Positions 23,919 through 37,082 of a stretch of DNA of 64,000 bases are shown piece after piece. Source of the stretch: Eledone cirrhosa (taxonomy: Eukaryota). Under the pieces are notes generated by a model, which was not told the origin of the DNA, did not search any database, and was given only the letters and a program-made list of their open reading frames with translations. A program made the translations under genes and the position numbers. Where the stretch lies: positions 23,684,001-23,748,000 of the forward strand of contig OZ024743.1 of assembly GCA_964016885.1 (NCBI GenBank), given 5' to 3'. Each line of letters begins with the position of its first letter. The stretch's first letter is position 1.

Positions 23919-25524
23919 CAGGGATAAGCTAAAGCTTATATGCTTTAAACGAGAAGCAGGCGTATGACATTTGCGCCAAAGTAATTGGAACTCATGGCGT
24001 GTGGTGGGGAGCGGAAACGACGACACCTAGGTAAACACCACCTTGAATACAGTGTTTAACTTGGATACCAGACATGGGCTATAGATAAAGGGTGATTAGA
24101 ATTGTCTCTCGAATAAGTGGTGTGGAATCTGCGTTGGATCAGAATCTACAATCGTTGCGAAAGAGCTAGATGGATTGTTCCGCGGTTTAGAATTTTAAGG
24201 TGTCGGTGCATTGTGAAGTCCTCTGCCGAGAGTCTGGTGTACATGCATACAACAACCATATCTGTTAAATGGACCAGGAAGTGATGTTCATCCTGGCGGC
24301 GAAATATGCTTGACAAAATATAAATTGGAAACGGACATAAGCCGTATACAACAGAGACAAATGGTGACATAGTCATGCAACTTCTGTACATAATGATTTA
24401 TCTAAAATTATACAGACCTGCCAAACTTTAAAAACCCAAACGGGGAGTACCAAGAAATGAAGAAAAGTGGAGAGATTTTACATAATGAAAGCTATACTCA
24501 TTTCCACAAGAGAAGACATCTCTCATCCACCCCAAAGTGAGTGGGGGAGAGTTGACAAGTCTGAGTATAGGAATCCATTGTTTTACGATTGTATAAATTG
24601 CACATGGTAGTATAGATAAATCAAATGACAAATTGAGGAAAACTGCATGAAAATGTTGAGAGGTTTCAGAAAATTCAATCATTTGAAATTGCTGTTAATT
24701 CTTTATTGTTTTTTGGTAAAACCGAAGTCAGTTGGCACAGATATGTTGTTGCTTCTCTGGCGAAACTGAATTTCAAAATACTTCGCTGTGAGATCTTTAA
24801 TATTGATTTCTAATTTTGTTCACAAGATCAGTAATTAAACTTTACGAGCTGCTTTACAAAGCATTTTATCCGATGCACTAATTCTGCCAAACCTCTTGTG
24901 ATATATTTAATATTGATATTAGAACATATCAGAATTACTCGTCAATAGTTTGTCAATCAAATCAAGTGTATGTTTTCATATGGAATGTTAAGGATGAATA
25001 ACATATATTGTGGTTCTGTGTGTGATTCTATTCTCTCTAATTATGCATATACACCAGATCCGAACACAAAAGAACCAGACTCCCACTCTCCTCATCTCTC
25101 ACTATTATGAGCAAATGGAAGTCCATGCGTTGGCCGCCCGGCGGACAGACTGAAGTACAGATTCTTAAATCTTTCTCATGCTCACTGAGATTGAATGTTC
25201 AAACGCTAATGCATCTATCCCTGTCAAATCAACCTTGCTCCACACCATAGTTCATTGAGACATTATTTTTCAAAAACCATGTTTTCTTTGTATGGAAAAA
25301 TACTTTTAGTTTATCTTTCAATTTATAAATATCGACTGCCTTATTTCTTTATTTTAAAAAAAAAAAAGCATTCATAGGCCTATAGGTTTACAAAGTTGTT
25401 TACCGCTGTCAACCCTGATCGAACAGGCCTATAATCAAAAACATTTCAAGTATCGTGTACCATTGACTACATTTGCCATGTGTTGTTCCTCTTTTTTTAA
25501 AGATGGTTTGTAATAAGTGAACGG

Positions 25525-25750
25525 TCATGGCTTACTGATTAGGGTGTTCGGCTCACCATCGCATCGTCGTGTCCTTTGTTTCACATTGCTCCAGTTATTC
25601 AACGCTCTAAAATGAGTTGTACCTGTAATTCAAAAGACCAGCCTTGTCACACACTGTCATACTGAATCTCCCTGAGAATTACATTAGGGCTACACGTGTC
25701 AGTTCCGTTCATCCAATCAGCTCGTCGTCGGAGCTGACGGTGGTTCAACA
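25525..25750 (+). mobile_element. Third tRNA-derived SINE family
   Basis: tRNA-like head and TTTCAC(A/G)TTGCTCCAGT...AAAATGA.TTGTACC core; other copies at about 26140-26250(+), 27220-27420(-), 55680-55820(-). Confidence 0.65.
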
Positions 25751-26710
25751 CATATATTACAATAAGATATTAAAGTTTTCCTATTATATAGCTAGATATA
25801 AATATATAAAAGTGAAACAATGGAATCACAGGAAACTAGTAACACACACATACCCACGAAACGTCAGTCTCCTCCTCCTTCTCATGGCATACTAAATTAT
25901 TCCACTTTGTGTACAGTTCATATTATAAACATACTTTAAAAGTATTAAAAGTACATAGCAAGTGGCGTCTCCAGTCCCCTCTCCCAAAGAAAAAAATTAT
26001 GATAAAGATAAATAAATAAACCGGATGGTAATTTAGAATAGAAAGTGATGTAGAACGTGGAATTAAATCTGAAAAAAAAGAATGCCCCACAAATAGAAAA
26101 GTTCATGAAAAAGTCAGTCACACACAGAAATACAAATAGGTGCGGCGCCTAGTGGTTAGAATGCTGAACTCACAATCATAAATATCGTGGATTGGGTTCT
26201 TGGAATTGGCAGAGTGTTGTGTTCTTGAGCAAGAGGTTTCGTTTCATGTTGCCTTTTATTATAGAACTAGGGTCCATATTATCAAAACACCCGAAAAATC
26301 GCCTATGCAGTGCAACCCCGTAAGAAGTGAACTGCAACATTTACAAATGGGGGGGGGGGGGGGCACGCCCCCTTCATGATTATATTTTTCTCCCCAAACT
26401 ACCAAAACACACGTCTATTTGTATAGGCGCTACAACGTATGTACATGTTATGTTAATCGCATATCGAAGTTTTTATATCTTGGTTGATATTTTGATAACA
26501 GCTAAACTAATCACTACAGATAAATTACCCCATCCCTGCAAATAAACAAACACTCACACATAGCCAATAGAATAAATTTTAAAAAACTCACATACCAAAG
26601 AGTATTTTTAATCGAAAGGACCGGTTGGTCGGTTTTTTTTACTCTACTGTCTTGTCCACGGGCCGCCACGCCCTAGAGCCCATCACCCTCCGATTCTTCT
26701 TTGACCCTAG

Positions 26711-27015
26711 ACAACCCGGGGGCGCATTAAACAAGCGCCGGGTGCCTTTGGGAGATCAGAGCAGTGACTTTTAAAACAAGGGCCTTCATTCTTTTAAAAA
26801 GGTTTCCACTACCATATTTTATCGTTGTGAAGCATGAATGACCTACAGTCGTTACATCACGTCTTTCGATCACTTCCTCCAGAGTAGTGTAGATAGAGGA
26901 GGGAAGTCCTCCTCAGGCGACACTTTTATGAGGTCGGCACTTTTGGGTCTGCTGTAGGCTATAAGCGTTCCTTTAATGCTGCAACATAATATTATAATTG
27001 TACACAGACTAGTTA

Positions 27016-27068
<53 letters not shown>

Positions 27069-28395
27069 GATTCAGGATCTCGACGGGTGAGCTTCGGTCG
27101 TTTCGACAGCTAGGATATATATATATATTTTTTTTTCTTTCGTTTTTAAATATCTATAGTGTTGTTATTTGAAATAGATTTGTTTACGTTTTTTTTTTTT
27201 AAATAAAATATCTTTATTCTAGACATATGTACCCATAACGTAGTTTTCAAGGCTATCCAGCGTGACATTGTGTGACGTGGCCTGTCCTTTGAATTACTGG
27301 TACAATTCATTTTTGCCAGTTGAGTGGACTGGAGCAACGTGAAATAAAGTGTCTTGCTCAAGAACATACCATACAGTTGAGAACTTAACATTCTAACCAG
27401 TAAGCCACGCGCCTTCACACTTCTATATAAGTTTGTATTGATCAAATCTAGACTAAGTTCTTTTAAGATCGTACAATACGGTTGTTAACCTAAAGTAGTG
27501 AATCTTGGATCACTTCCTCGAACCATTCCAACTATTAAGTCATCATTGCCTGATGATTTCTAGTTTTGCAGATGTTTTGATTAAAATACTACTTTGTAGT
27601 GTGTGTGTGTGTCCCCGATCTAGTCCTTTGTAATGTCTATAAGAGGTAATATCTGTCTGATCTAGACGTTATAGCTTTCTTCGTTCTCTAGCTGGCCGAA
27701 TACCACTCTCTGAAGTGACAGATATAGAGGCATCATTATCACGTGTCGCCTAGGGCGATGAGTCGGCAGAATTATTAGTCCGACTGAGGAAATGGATTGC
27801 AGTATTTGTTCCGGTCTTCTACGTTCTGGTTTCAAATCCTACCGAGGTCAGCGTTTCCTACCATTTATATACTGGAGTCGATATAATCGATTTTCTCATC
27901 TTCTAAAGAAATGTTGGAAGTGGACGATCATGGCTTCAAAACCTTTGGTGTTTTGTCTTTGCAAGTACTTCAGTGCCAGACATACACTCCCGCCAAATAA
28001 TTTCCAGATTGCGCTGGAGGAACAGTGACGTAGCTAGAGTGTGTGCTGCTCAGGGCAGCCCTTCAGTCCCCCCCCCCCCCTCCATATTGCTCTTTTTATA
28101 TATATATATAAATATATATAAACTAGTCTGTGTACAATTATAATATTATGCTGCAGCATTAAAAGAACGCTTATAGCCTACAGCAGACCCAAAAGTGTCG
28201 CCCGGAGAGGACCCTTCCCTCTAGCTACACTACTCTCGAGGGAGTGATGTAACGACTGTAGGTTATTCATGCTTCACAGCGATAAAATATGGTAGTGGTA
28301 ACCTTTTTGAAAGAATGAAGGCCCTTGTTTTAAAAGTCCCTGCTCTGGTCCCTCAAAGGCATCCGACGCTTGTTTATTGCGTTCCTGGGTGTTGC
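26711..28395. repeat. Diverged long inverted repeat, ~300-bp arms, ~1.1-kb spacer
   Basis: 26711-27014 matches the reverse complement of 28121-28395; both inner ends abut (TA)n. Confidence 0.9.
26854..26923 (-). ncRNA. Degenerate hammerhead motif within the IR arm
   Basis: gugucgc-CUGAGGA-ggacuucc...ggaagugauc-GAAA-gac-gugaugu. Helix I pairs using G:U; no clean UH site. Confidence 0.35.
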
Positions 28396-28686
28396 CAATG
28401 TTATTGTCCTCACAGAGATTGCTCCCTGATTCTTGTAAATCTTGCTATCCTCCGAGAGTATGCTCCTCAGATGTTTCAAATATGACACTACTCCAGCTAT
28501 TTATCGCCAACATTGAAGTCAGGTGGAGTGTGTAGGACGGTAGCTTGTATTCTTGAGTCGAATAAAGATCGCTTTGGGGAGGATCAGACTCGTGTGTATG
28601 GAGTGTATTGCTGTTGGGTGAACTACTGGTATCAGATGAGTTTAGAGTGCACATATCACCAAAATCCGCGTGTGTGTGTGTAATAT

Positions 28687-28992
28687 GGAAAATGTGTGAC
28701 CCCGACGACAGAGCTCAAGCCGTTTCGATGGCTATTTCTGGAATAGCCGTCGAAATGCTTGAGCTCTGTCATCGGGGTCACACATTTTCCTACTACCCTA
28801 AGTATTGAGTACTCTGGTGCGTTATGGTCCATCTGGTTCCTTACCACACCTCCTTCGTGGTATATATATATCAGATAGGGTGTCGTAAAATACCAGGTGG
28901 ACCATAACCCACCAGAGTACTCGATACTTGGAGTAGTAGAGTGGGTAATATGAAAAGATTCAGGACCGTCGGGGTCCTGAATCTTTTCATAT
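28687..28992. repeat. Three consecutive foldbacks
   Basis: Near-perfect 104-bp palindrome 28687-28790; IR with ~50-bp arms 28790-28939 around a short (TA)n; 20-bp-stem hairpin 28948-28992. Confidence 0.9.
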
Positions 28993-29337
28993 ATGTATGT
29001 ATATATATGGATTCTGATGAACGTATGTATTTATTATGTCAGGTTGGTCTCGTAACATGTAACCCAGTACAACCTGTCATCTGGTCGGGACGTTGGCGAC
29101 TAAACTGGCAACCCCACCAAGCTTGCTTGGTGAGGAAGGTGAAAAACAAAACTCGTCAAAGGACGGAAGAACTCAAGAGTCAACGACCATCTAATATTGA
29201 GTATATATGTTTTTATATATTCTATCTTTTTAACTTTCCATCTATGACGGAGAGGTTAGAATCCTAGATAATAAAACACGCAGTTACAGTCAGTCGTATC
29301 TTGTCACTGAATTACTATAGCTAATACGAGAAAAGCC

Positions 29338-29520
29338 CATAGGCTGGCCAAGATACTCTCATGGAATGACCAAATGAGGTTTATTTTTTTCAAAATAGTC
29401 CCTGGAAAGAAACAATGCGATTATTAATAAGAAGAGTTGATATTAATGTATGCAAAATTTCACAGCTCTAGCATCACTCCTTCATAATCAGCCTACGAAC
29501 ATTTCATCCGACCCTCGTAC
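29338..29520. mobile_element. Mariner terminal remnants
   Basis: CATAGGCTGGCCAAGATACTCTCATGGAATG..GAGGTTTATTTT matches 211-270; opposite end CAGCCTACGAACATTTCATCCGACCCTCGTA. Confidence 0.7.
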
Positions 29521-29559
29521 TCACAGGGTGGTATGCGTGTTGCACAAGCACGTGTCACT

Positions 29560-31330
29560 TAAATCCAATGATGTGTAGGGTCCTTTTGCAATGTGGAAGT
29601 GGGGACGGGAGCAGGCTTGACAAGTTGGAATCTCTTAGTCATAACTCTGCACATATGGCGGCAAAGGATCTATCCTAATATCGCTTTCAGTGATCCAACT
29701 GTAGCTGAATTCGGCGGGATCGTCTGTGTCTGAGCAGCCCTATTTAGGAGAATTCTACTCACCCCTTTTCAGGAGATGGGACTACAAAAGGTGTCCTAAC
29801 ATTTTTCTCATAAAAACTGATCAGTACACTGCGACTGATGGTTGTTCATTAAGCGGTGTAAATTAGAGGAGAAAAACAAGAAAATATATGAAAGTGGGCT
29901 GTTGGAAAGTCTATACATTACAAGACTAAGAATAGTAGAGAGAGAAAGACGGCTATTGTGGTCTCCAAATTGGAAATATATAAGACGGATATTGTTGCAC
30001 TCGCGGAAATCAGTTTTCATGAGGAAGGTCATTTTGATGAATTGAAAGATTATACGATTTGTTGATCTTGAAAACCCGAAGAAGAAAGTCGGGGGTATGG
30101 AGTTGGGTTTGCTATGAAGAAATAAATATGTGACTCGCTAGAGGAGATGTCTGATGGTGTAAATTAGAGAATCGTGTTAATGAGGCTTCCACTCGGTGTT
30201 TGTGTTAGGACTACTGGGAAGCTATTTTATTCTTGCAACCTCTCCGTTGATGACTGACCTTGTGGCACATTCAGACGCAGATATGCAGATTCTAGCAGTT
30301 CTTTTTTGTACGTGGTGCCAAGTTTGGGATTTAAAAAATAACTTGAGCAAGGCAAAAGTTGACGGGATTCGTCTGGCTGCTGTCAATAGCCTTGTTTATT
30401 TACGAAGTACAATTTTGAGAGAAGGGTCACTTAATGAAGAGGTGAATTTGCGTATTGGGAAAGCGTGCTCAGCTTTTGCTAGGTTGCAAAAAAGAGTATG
30501 GCCCCCAACTATCAACAAAAATAGCTGTATAATGCTTGTGTTCTCACTGCACTTTTTTATGCCTCTGAAATATAGACCATTTACAGAAAGCACATTAAGA
30601 ATTTATAAAGTTTTCATCAGGACTAGGACAGATTCTGGAATTGAAATGGACAGCCTTTACACCTGATACAGCCGTGCTTCAGTGTGCTAAGAACATGAGC
30701 ATAGAATCCCATTTTATGAAAAGTAGCTTGTGTTGGGTTGGGCACGTTGTTCGGCTTACCGATGAGAGAATACCAAAACGATTGTTGTATGGAGAGCTAA
30801 ATACAGAGAAGAGACCTGCATGTAAGCTAAAGATGTGATTTTGCGTCAACATAAACCCAACTTGAAAAGATTGAACAGCTGAGAAACAGCTGCTTGTCTT
30901 ACGAAGGAGAAATCTGTATGAGCGGGCGAAACATTGAGATAAAACGTATAGAACATGAAAAATTGTAAAGAGCAGCATAGCAAATGTGTGACAATGAGCT
31001 ACCTGAGAGTAGCTTGTCCAAGAAAAAGCTGCTGTGTCCAGCTTGTGGTCTGATTCTGTCCAAAGCTGGGTACAGGGTAGATTTAAAGAGACATAGGGAA
31101 GGAAACCGAGTGGAATACACAGGTCTGCAGGTTGATAATGCAGCCTAAACTTGCCATGTGTGGTAAAGTATGCAAGTCCACGTCATCTCAATAAAATACA
31201 TGTAGGTGGGCATGTTGCTAATGAAGGACATCTGTCCTATATGTAACATTCAATATAAATCACTTGCTGGTTTAAAAGGCCGCTTTAAGCTTGCCATGGG
31301 GCCGATGGCACATAGTTATCATATGAGTAA
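29560..31330 (+). mobile_element. Internally deleted RTE-BovB-like LINE
   Basis: APE endonuclease start (MKVGCWKVYT, DIVALAE, GVGFA); RT C-terminal half (YLRSTILREGSLNEEVNLRIGKACSAFARLQKRVW, WVGHVVRLTDERIPKRLLYGEL); C-terminal CxxC zinc-finger remnants. Confidence 0.88.
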
Positions 31331-33265
31331 GAAAGTCGTCAAACTCGAAATCGACATCATGTATGTATATGTGTGTGTGTCGTTTGCTTTGTTATTTCTG
31401 TTTGCCTTTTGTGTGTATGCAGGCATGGTTGTGTGGTTAAGGTGTTCTGGATTCAGTCCCACTGCATGGCACCTTGGATATGTGTCTTCTACTATAGCCA
31501 CAGGTTAACCAATGCCCTTTGAGTAGAATTTAATAGACGGAAACTGCAAAACCCACACATATGTATAAATACGTGTCTGCCTCCATGTCTGCGCTTACGT
31601 TTTTGTTTATGTTTCGTAATTAGCGGTTCGACATAAAGAGATCCTTAAGATAAGTACCTGACTTGAAAAATTAAGTACTTGCAGTCGATGTGGAAGGCAT
31701 ATCTTGACGGGTCCGAAGCATGGCCGCAATCTGATGGCTAAAAGCAATAAACGAATGTGTGTGTGCTCGCGCGCACATGTAGTGTGTATATGTATGTAAA
31801 ATGTGCGTAGATATATGCACGTAATGTGCGAATGCCTAGCTAGATGTGATTGCATATATGTTCATAATGTTTGTGTTTGTACATATGCACGTAAAGTGTG
31901 TCGCACGATTTTGTTTACATTTTAGTAGCTTTCCGTTTCTTTGATGCGTCATCTTCCGAAAGATACGTGAACGAATCCTGATAACCTAATAACAGCGAAG
32001 CTAGTCGGTTCGATCCTCACCCCAAGCTGCCAATAAGGCCCCGGAGGACCTAATTTCGCAGAGTAACTAAATTCAAATGGGTATGACTCCATATTTATAT
32101 CTATATGTATTTTGTGTGTCTTGATTATCTCCGTAGGCACTAGTTCATCTCATACAACGTGCGCTGCCAAAGGCACGCATCTTAAAGTTAACTTTTGTCG
32201 GTGTTTATAGCTACAATTATTAAATCTACTTATAATAACAACACTATTGAGAATCCGACAACGATGGCTACCACCACCCTAACTAACAGACATAACGTTA
32301 CTACTCGTATTACTACTACAATAGTTAGTAAGTAGCAGGAAGTAGCTGTGGTGATGGTAGCAGTAGCAATAGTATTTCTAGCGGTAGGGGAGGCGCTCTA
32401 GGCCAGTCTATTAGTTGTAGGAACTGTGCGATAGTTACTAACTACTACTACTACCACCACTATTACTACTATTAGTGACGCAGTGTTTGTGGCCATCGCC
32501 TCGGGAACTATATTATTGCTGCTAAAAACACAAACAAACAGTACCTCTGGTATTGTCGGCACAGTCCTGTTTGCTACTGACTCTGTTCTCACTATTACAG
32601 CGACCTTACTACTAAAAATACTACAACTGTTACAGTTTTAGTGCTGTCACTTTCATAAGTACCGGTGACTGCAGTGGAGTACCCGTCTAGAAACTCACCA
32701 GTTTCCCCCTTGTCGTTTACCTCCTCACCCGCTGTCTTCCCTTGTCCGCATCCAGATCCTCCGCTCCAACCTCCTCACTTCGCCTCCCCCCAACGCTACC
32801 ACAATTCCGACCAACTGTGATAAGAACTTTCCCAGTGATACAATTAGTAATAACACTAAATCGGCTTCAGAGAATAGTGTCGTCGCTGGTACGACTACGA
32901 CACAAGTGCCTCGCCTCTGGAGACCGGCTTTCTGGAGTGTTGACTCGAAGAATAGCGATGTCAGAGCCATAAAAGCCAACGTCCCGCAGCCGCATAATAC
33001 GACAACAATAACAATACCATCAGAATCAACATCGTTCGCATCACCATTTGTGGCTATAGCAACCACGCCGGTTAAACAACCTCTATTTACGTTTTTACCA
33101 CCGCCACCACTACCACCTTTACCATCATCCTCATCACCATCGACATCGTCATCTTTTTCTGGCACGCTGACATGTCCGACGCACTTGTGTTGCCGTCCGC
33201 GATGTCCACCTGATAAGGAGACAGCTGGTTTGTGTCTAACCAACAGTGCCAGTCCCTCTCGTGCA

Positions 33266-33326
33266 ATGTCGGATACCTGTGATTTATACTCTCCTTCTGA
33301 TGCTTGGTCATATTGGTACCGTAGAG
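33266..33326 (+). CDS. Candidate first coding exon of an unidentified gene, after a long CpG-rich low-complexity leader
   Basis: gcaATG MSDTCDLYSPSDAWSYWYRR then GAG|GTAGGT (alternative donor AG|GTAAAT at 33330). Frame is open from 32669; composition turns abruptly AT-rich after the donor. Confidence 0.4.
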
Positions 33327-33396
33327 GTAGGTAAATTATCCGTCTCAGCCCCTTCCGTTGTTATCTAACTTTATTACATGTTTGCTCGAATATAAT

Positions 33397-33440
<44 letters not shown>

Positions 33441-35248
33441 GTGTGCTGCGAGAAAAAGCATTTTGTTTTAGGTAGGGCTGCCCGACGATTGTCTCGGTCA
33501 AAACTTCAAAACTTTTTATTGTAGTTCTTGAACTTTTGTAAATTTTTATTTGAACTATTTCTTATTTTATTATTATTTTGTCTGCGCATAATTCTTGTAT
33601 TTTAATAACTTATACAGACATGCACACACTTCTATACATCATGATTTATGCACAGGCAGATCACGATACACCATCTATTTATTGACTATCACACATTGAT
33701 TGTCATACCGCAGTAACTGAGATAGAGCTATACACATTTAGTAATTCATACGCGCAATAACGGATGTAATCTTTTACAAACACACACACATTGACCTACA
33801 ATCGCTTACGTTGACCAAACTACACGCACGTCAATAGACGAAGAGGTATGTATGCGTACTAACACTAAAATTATTGCCTAACTTACAAAATTGAAACTAC
33901 AAATTGGTAAACTGAAGACTCGTTAGAAATAGCAGCCAAATTTCCTCTTCCTCAGATCACACCATACTATCTAAAATTTGACGAGATGGTCACGTCTGCA
34001 ACGCATTTGATCATAGATCAGTAATGACTTAAAGTGAAACAACAGTTCACTAGATAACTATATATTACATGAGTCGATGAGCGAGGCGAGAGCTGCTAAA
34101 AATAGCAGCTGCATGCCTCCCTCCTCAAATTATGCCCGTCTGTCCTAAGAAATAAGGACATACAAGATAGTGCAGTCTTAGACACACTGTCAGAAAAATA
34201 CGTAATGGTCACGGTCTGAAACATCTTTGTTCGTCTATTTCGGTTTAGAGCTGACTTGGAGATAAACAACAACAACAACCGGATGCACACTAACTTAGAA
34301 AAATTCAAACTGATAAAGTACAGGCACTGGATACATATTTATTACGAATGCTACACGCACACACAGACAAACGGCTGCTAACCAAACTTTCATGTCTGCG
34401 AAAGTTAACTTTTAATGAGATGCATTTTACTTTGTTTCGTTTGTCACTGTAAACTGCTACTTGGTGTGTTTTTAATAATAAGTATTGCTAAACTTCCCCA
34501 CCTCTTCTCTCTATATTTATACGTGCGTGCGTGTGTTTGTGTTGTCTGTCTACTTGCGTGCTCGCGTTTGTTTGTGTTTGTGTCTGCATCTGCGTGTTTG
34601 TTTTACATGCTTTTTGTATGCATTCGTTGCTTTAGTTCCATATTTAATGAAAGACAGTTTCTATAACAAGAACGACGAATAAAGTTATATTTTGTGAAAC
34701 TTGGAAATATATATAATGCATGTGTTTACCACTCGTTAGTCTTAGTGTGCATATACTAGGGCGGTGGAAGCATTTCTGAATTGGGGTTGCCGAATTTAGT
34801 CACTTTAGTTGTAGTGATTAGTTTAGCTGTTATTCGAGGTTAACTTTGCCTTTCATCCTTACGGGGTCGATAAAATAAAGTACCAGTAATGTACTGGGTA
34901 ATTGCTGGCCTTGTGCCAAAAGTAGAAACAATTATCAACTAAGATATAAAAAAAAAAAATTCGATGTGCGATAAACATAACAATGTACATAAATTGTAGC
35001 GCATATACAAATAGATGTGTGGTAGTTTGGGGAGAAAATATATAATTATTGAGTGGAGGTCCTTCCACCAGCCTCATCCCCCAGTTCCACCGCTCCTGAT
35101 ATATTCCGTTTACTCTACGCGTGCATTTATCACTGTTCCCATTCGGATTACGCAAATTAAATTAATATTACTCGTTGGAGATTTTTTCTTCCCCACCACA
35201 GTACTTTAATTTTTCCCTCCTTACTATTATGATGGACCTATCATGCAG

Positions 35249-35478
35249 ATAGTGTGTCCCCAGGCGATTTTCCTTCCTTTGATCCATGTTCTTGCCGTGC
35301 TGTTTGCCAACACGTGCATGAGCATGCGCTTATTTCTTCATCTACACGAAGTTGCGTCATGTCAGCCTGTATATGTACTCGGTTCAGGACTCGAATGAGC
35401 ATTTGTAGGACAAGAAAAATGAGATTTTTAGCTGGTGTTAACAGGGCAAAAGAATTTCTCACTGGTGGACGTACATAG
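35249..35478 (+). CDS. Candidate exon phase-compatible with 33266-33326
   Basis: TGCAG| acceptor downstream of a pyrimidine tract; joining gives ...YWYRRDSVSPGDFPSFDPCSCRAVCQH...GGRT*. Phase match has a one-in-three chance probability. Confidence 0.25.
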
Positions 35479-36004
35479 GCTGAATGAACTCCAGCTAATA
35501 ACCGTCCTGATAAACACATATTCTTGTCCTGTGGTGTATGTTTAGTCAGAAAACCCACTGTTGGCTAGTGATTTTGTTTTAAAGTGATTCTAAAGAAGTG
35601 TGCACTTAAGTTGCTTGTGGCAGAATATGAACTATTAAGCTGTTGTGGAAGATGTATTGGGCCTGTTCTTTTCGCGTTTCTTGGTCTTTGTTAATTTACA
35701 ATTCCAACAGACTTGTTTGTTGAATGCAGATAACCAATCTGTATCTCTTAGGTGCTTCATAAGAATGTCAATCTATATTATAATGATTGCACTACGTTTT
35801 TGTCCGTTTGTCTCACACGCGAATGTTGCAATCTGATAAAATGGGTTCTAAAGTTTTTTCTTCATTTAGAATTCGTGAAATACAATTAAAATATAAGGTG
35901 TGTGAGAGGGGACAAATGTTTTAAAATCCTTTCATTTATGCTAGGTGTCAGTGCTCTCTGCCAACGGTGTTTACATGTCTTTCTCTATCTCTGTGTCCCC
36001 GAAT

Positions 36005-36038
<34 letters not shown>

Positions 36039-36199
36039 ACAAAATAAGATGATTTACACATGTTTCAATACATTATACTTAATGTTTATGCTATGAAAAT
36101 GGGAAAAATATAGAGGATAACAAAACATTATCAGACTCTGTAAACCATCATAAACACGTTGAAAGTATCAACTCTCTTCGGATTCACTCAATGTAACCT

Positions 36200-36253
<54 letters not shown>

Positions 36254-36833
36254 TTTTTTTTTCTTTTTGTTTGCATGTCAAATGACTCATCTTCCACATG
36301 TTAAATTGTTATAGTTTTACTGTGTATTTGTGCCACATATGAACGCTACAATCTGGCAAAATTATTCTGAAGCGTTTTCATTTATGCCAGAAGTCAGCGT
36401 TTTTTTTTTTTTTTTTGGCAATGTAATCTTTGATATACAAAAAGACAAGATGTTCACAGCAGGAATCCATTTGTCTACTGGATCAGAACTGACCTGAAGC
36501 AAGACAATGTTGACAAGTAAAATGTGGTTGAGTAGCAGAGACAGGACAACATTTACCTTTCATCTCTTTACATTCTGAGTTCAAATCCAACTGAGATTGA
36601 TAACATAAGTAACAATTATGTAATAGCCTCAAAGTTAAATCTGTCAAGGTATGAAATCATTATTACAAACCATAACCGATTTTGTTAGGATTAGTAGATT
36701 ATTTAATTTTAGTATGGTGGCATGCACTGAACTGATCTGACATTTGTCTGTATTTAGTCATCTCTTCTGTGATGTTTAGTTTCTTCATATCTGCTCCTCA
36801 TCATTTATTTCTCAGTCTTCCTTTAATTTAGGC

Positions 36834-37082
36834 CAGAGGTTCTCTAAGTAGGTGCTACCGCCCGGGGCAAGGGCATTGGGGGCTAAGGGGGCATTAGAGA
36901 TATAATAGTATATTAAATATCAAATGATACATATTATATATATCATATATAAATTAACGATTTTATTTATTATGTTATTTACAATTTGTGTGTAGGCAGG
37001 TCTCTCTGGAAATAGGGCTTGGGGCGCTTAGGGTATTACGTGGCCGTGGAGGGCTGTGGCCCCAACAGTTTGAGAACCTCTG
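36834..37082. mobile_element. hAT-type MITE with perfect 8-bp TSD
   Basis: TIRs CAGAGGTTCTC / GAGAACCTCTG; TSD ATTTAGGC at 36826-36833 and 37083-37090. Confidence 0.92.

Noticed and set aside
24150-24480. Possible R4/Dong-type C-terminal remnant
   Set aside because: Only faint motif resemblance with several stops; cannot be supported by eye.
29520-29740. HDV-like ribozyme in RTE 5' UTRs (also 19850-20100)
   Set aside because: Known for some RTE elements, but I could not assemble the nested double pseudoknot; needs a descriptor search.
32725-33243. 172-aa minus-strand ORF
   Set aside because: Antisense shadow of low-complexity triplet sequence; non-ATG start and no supporting splice signals.
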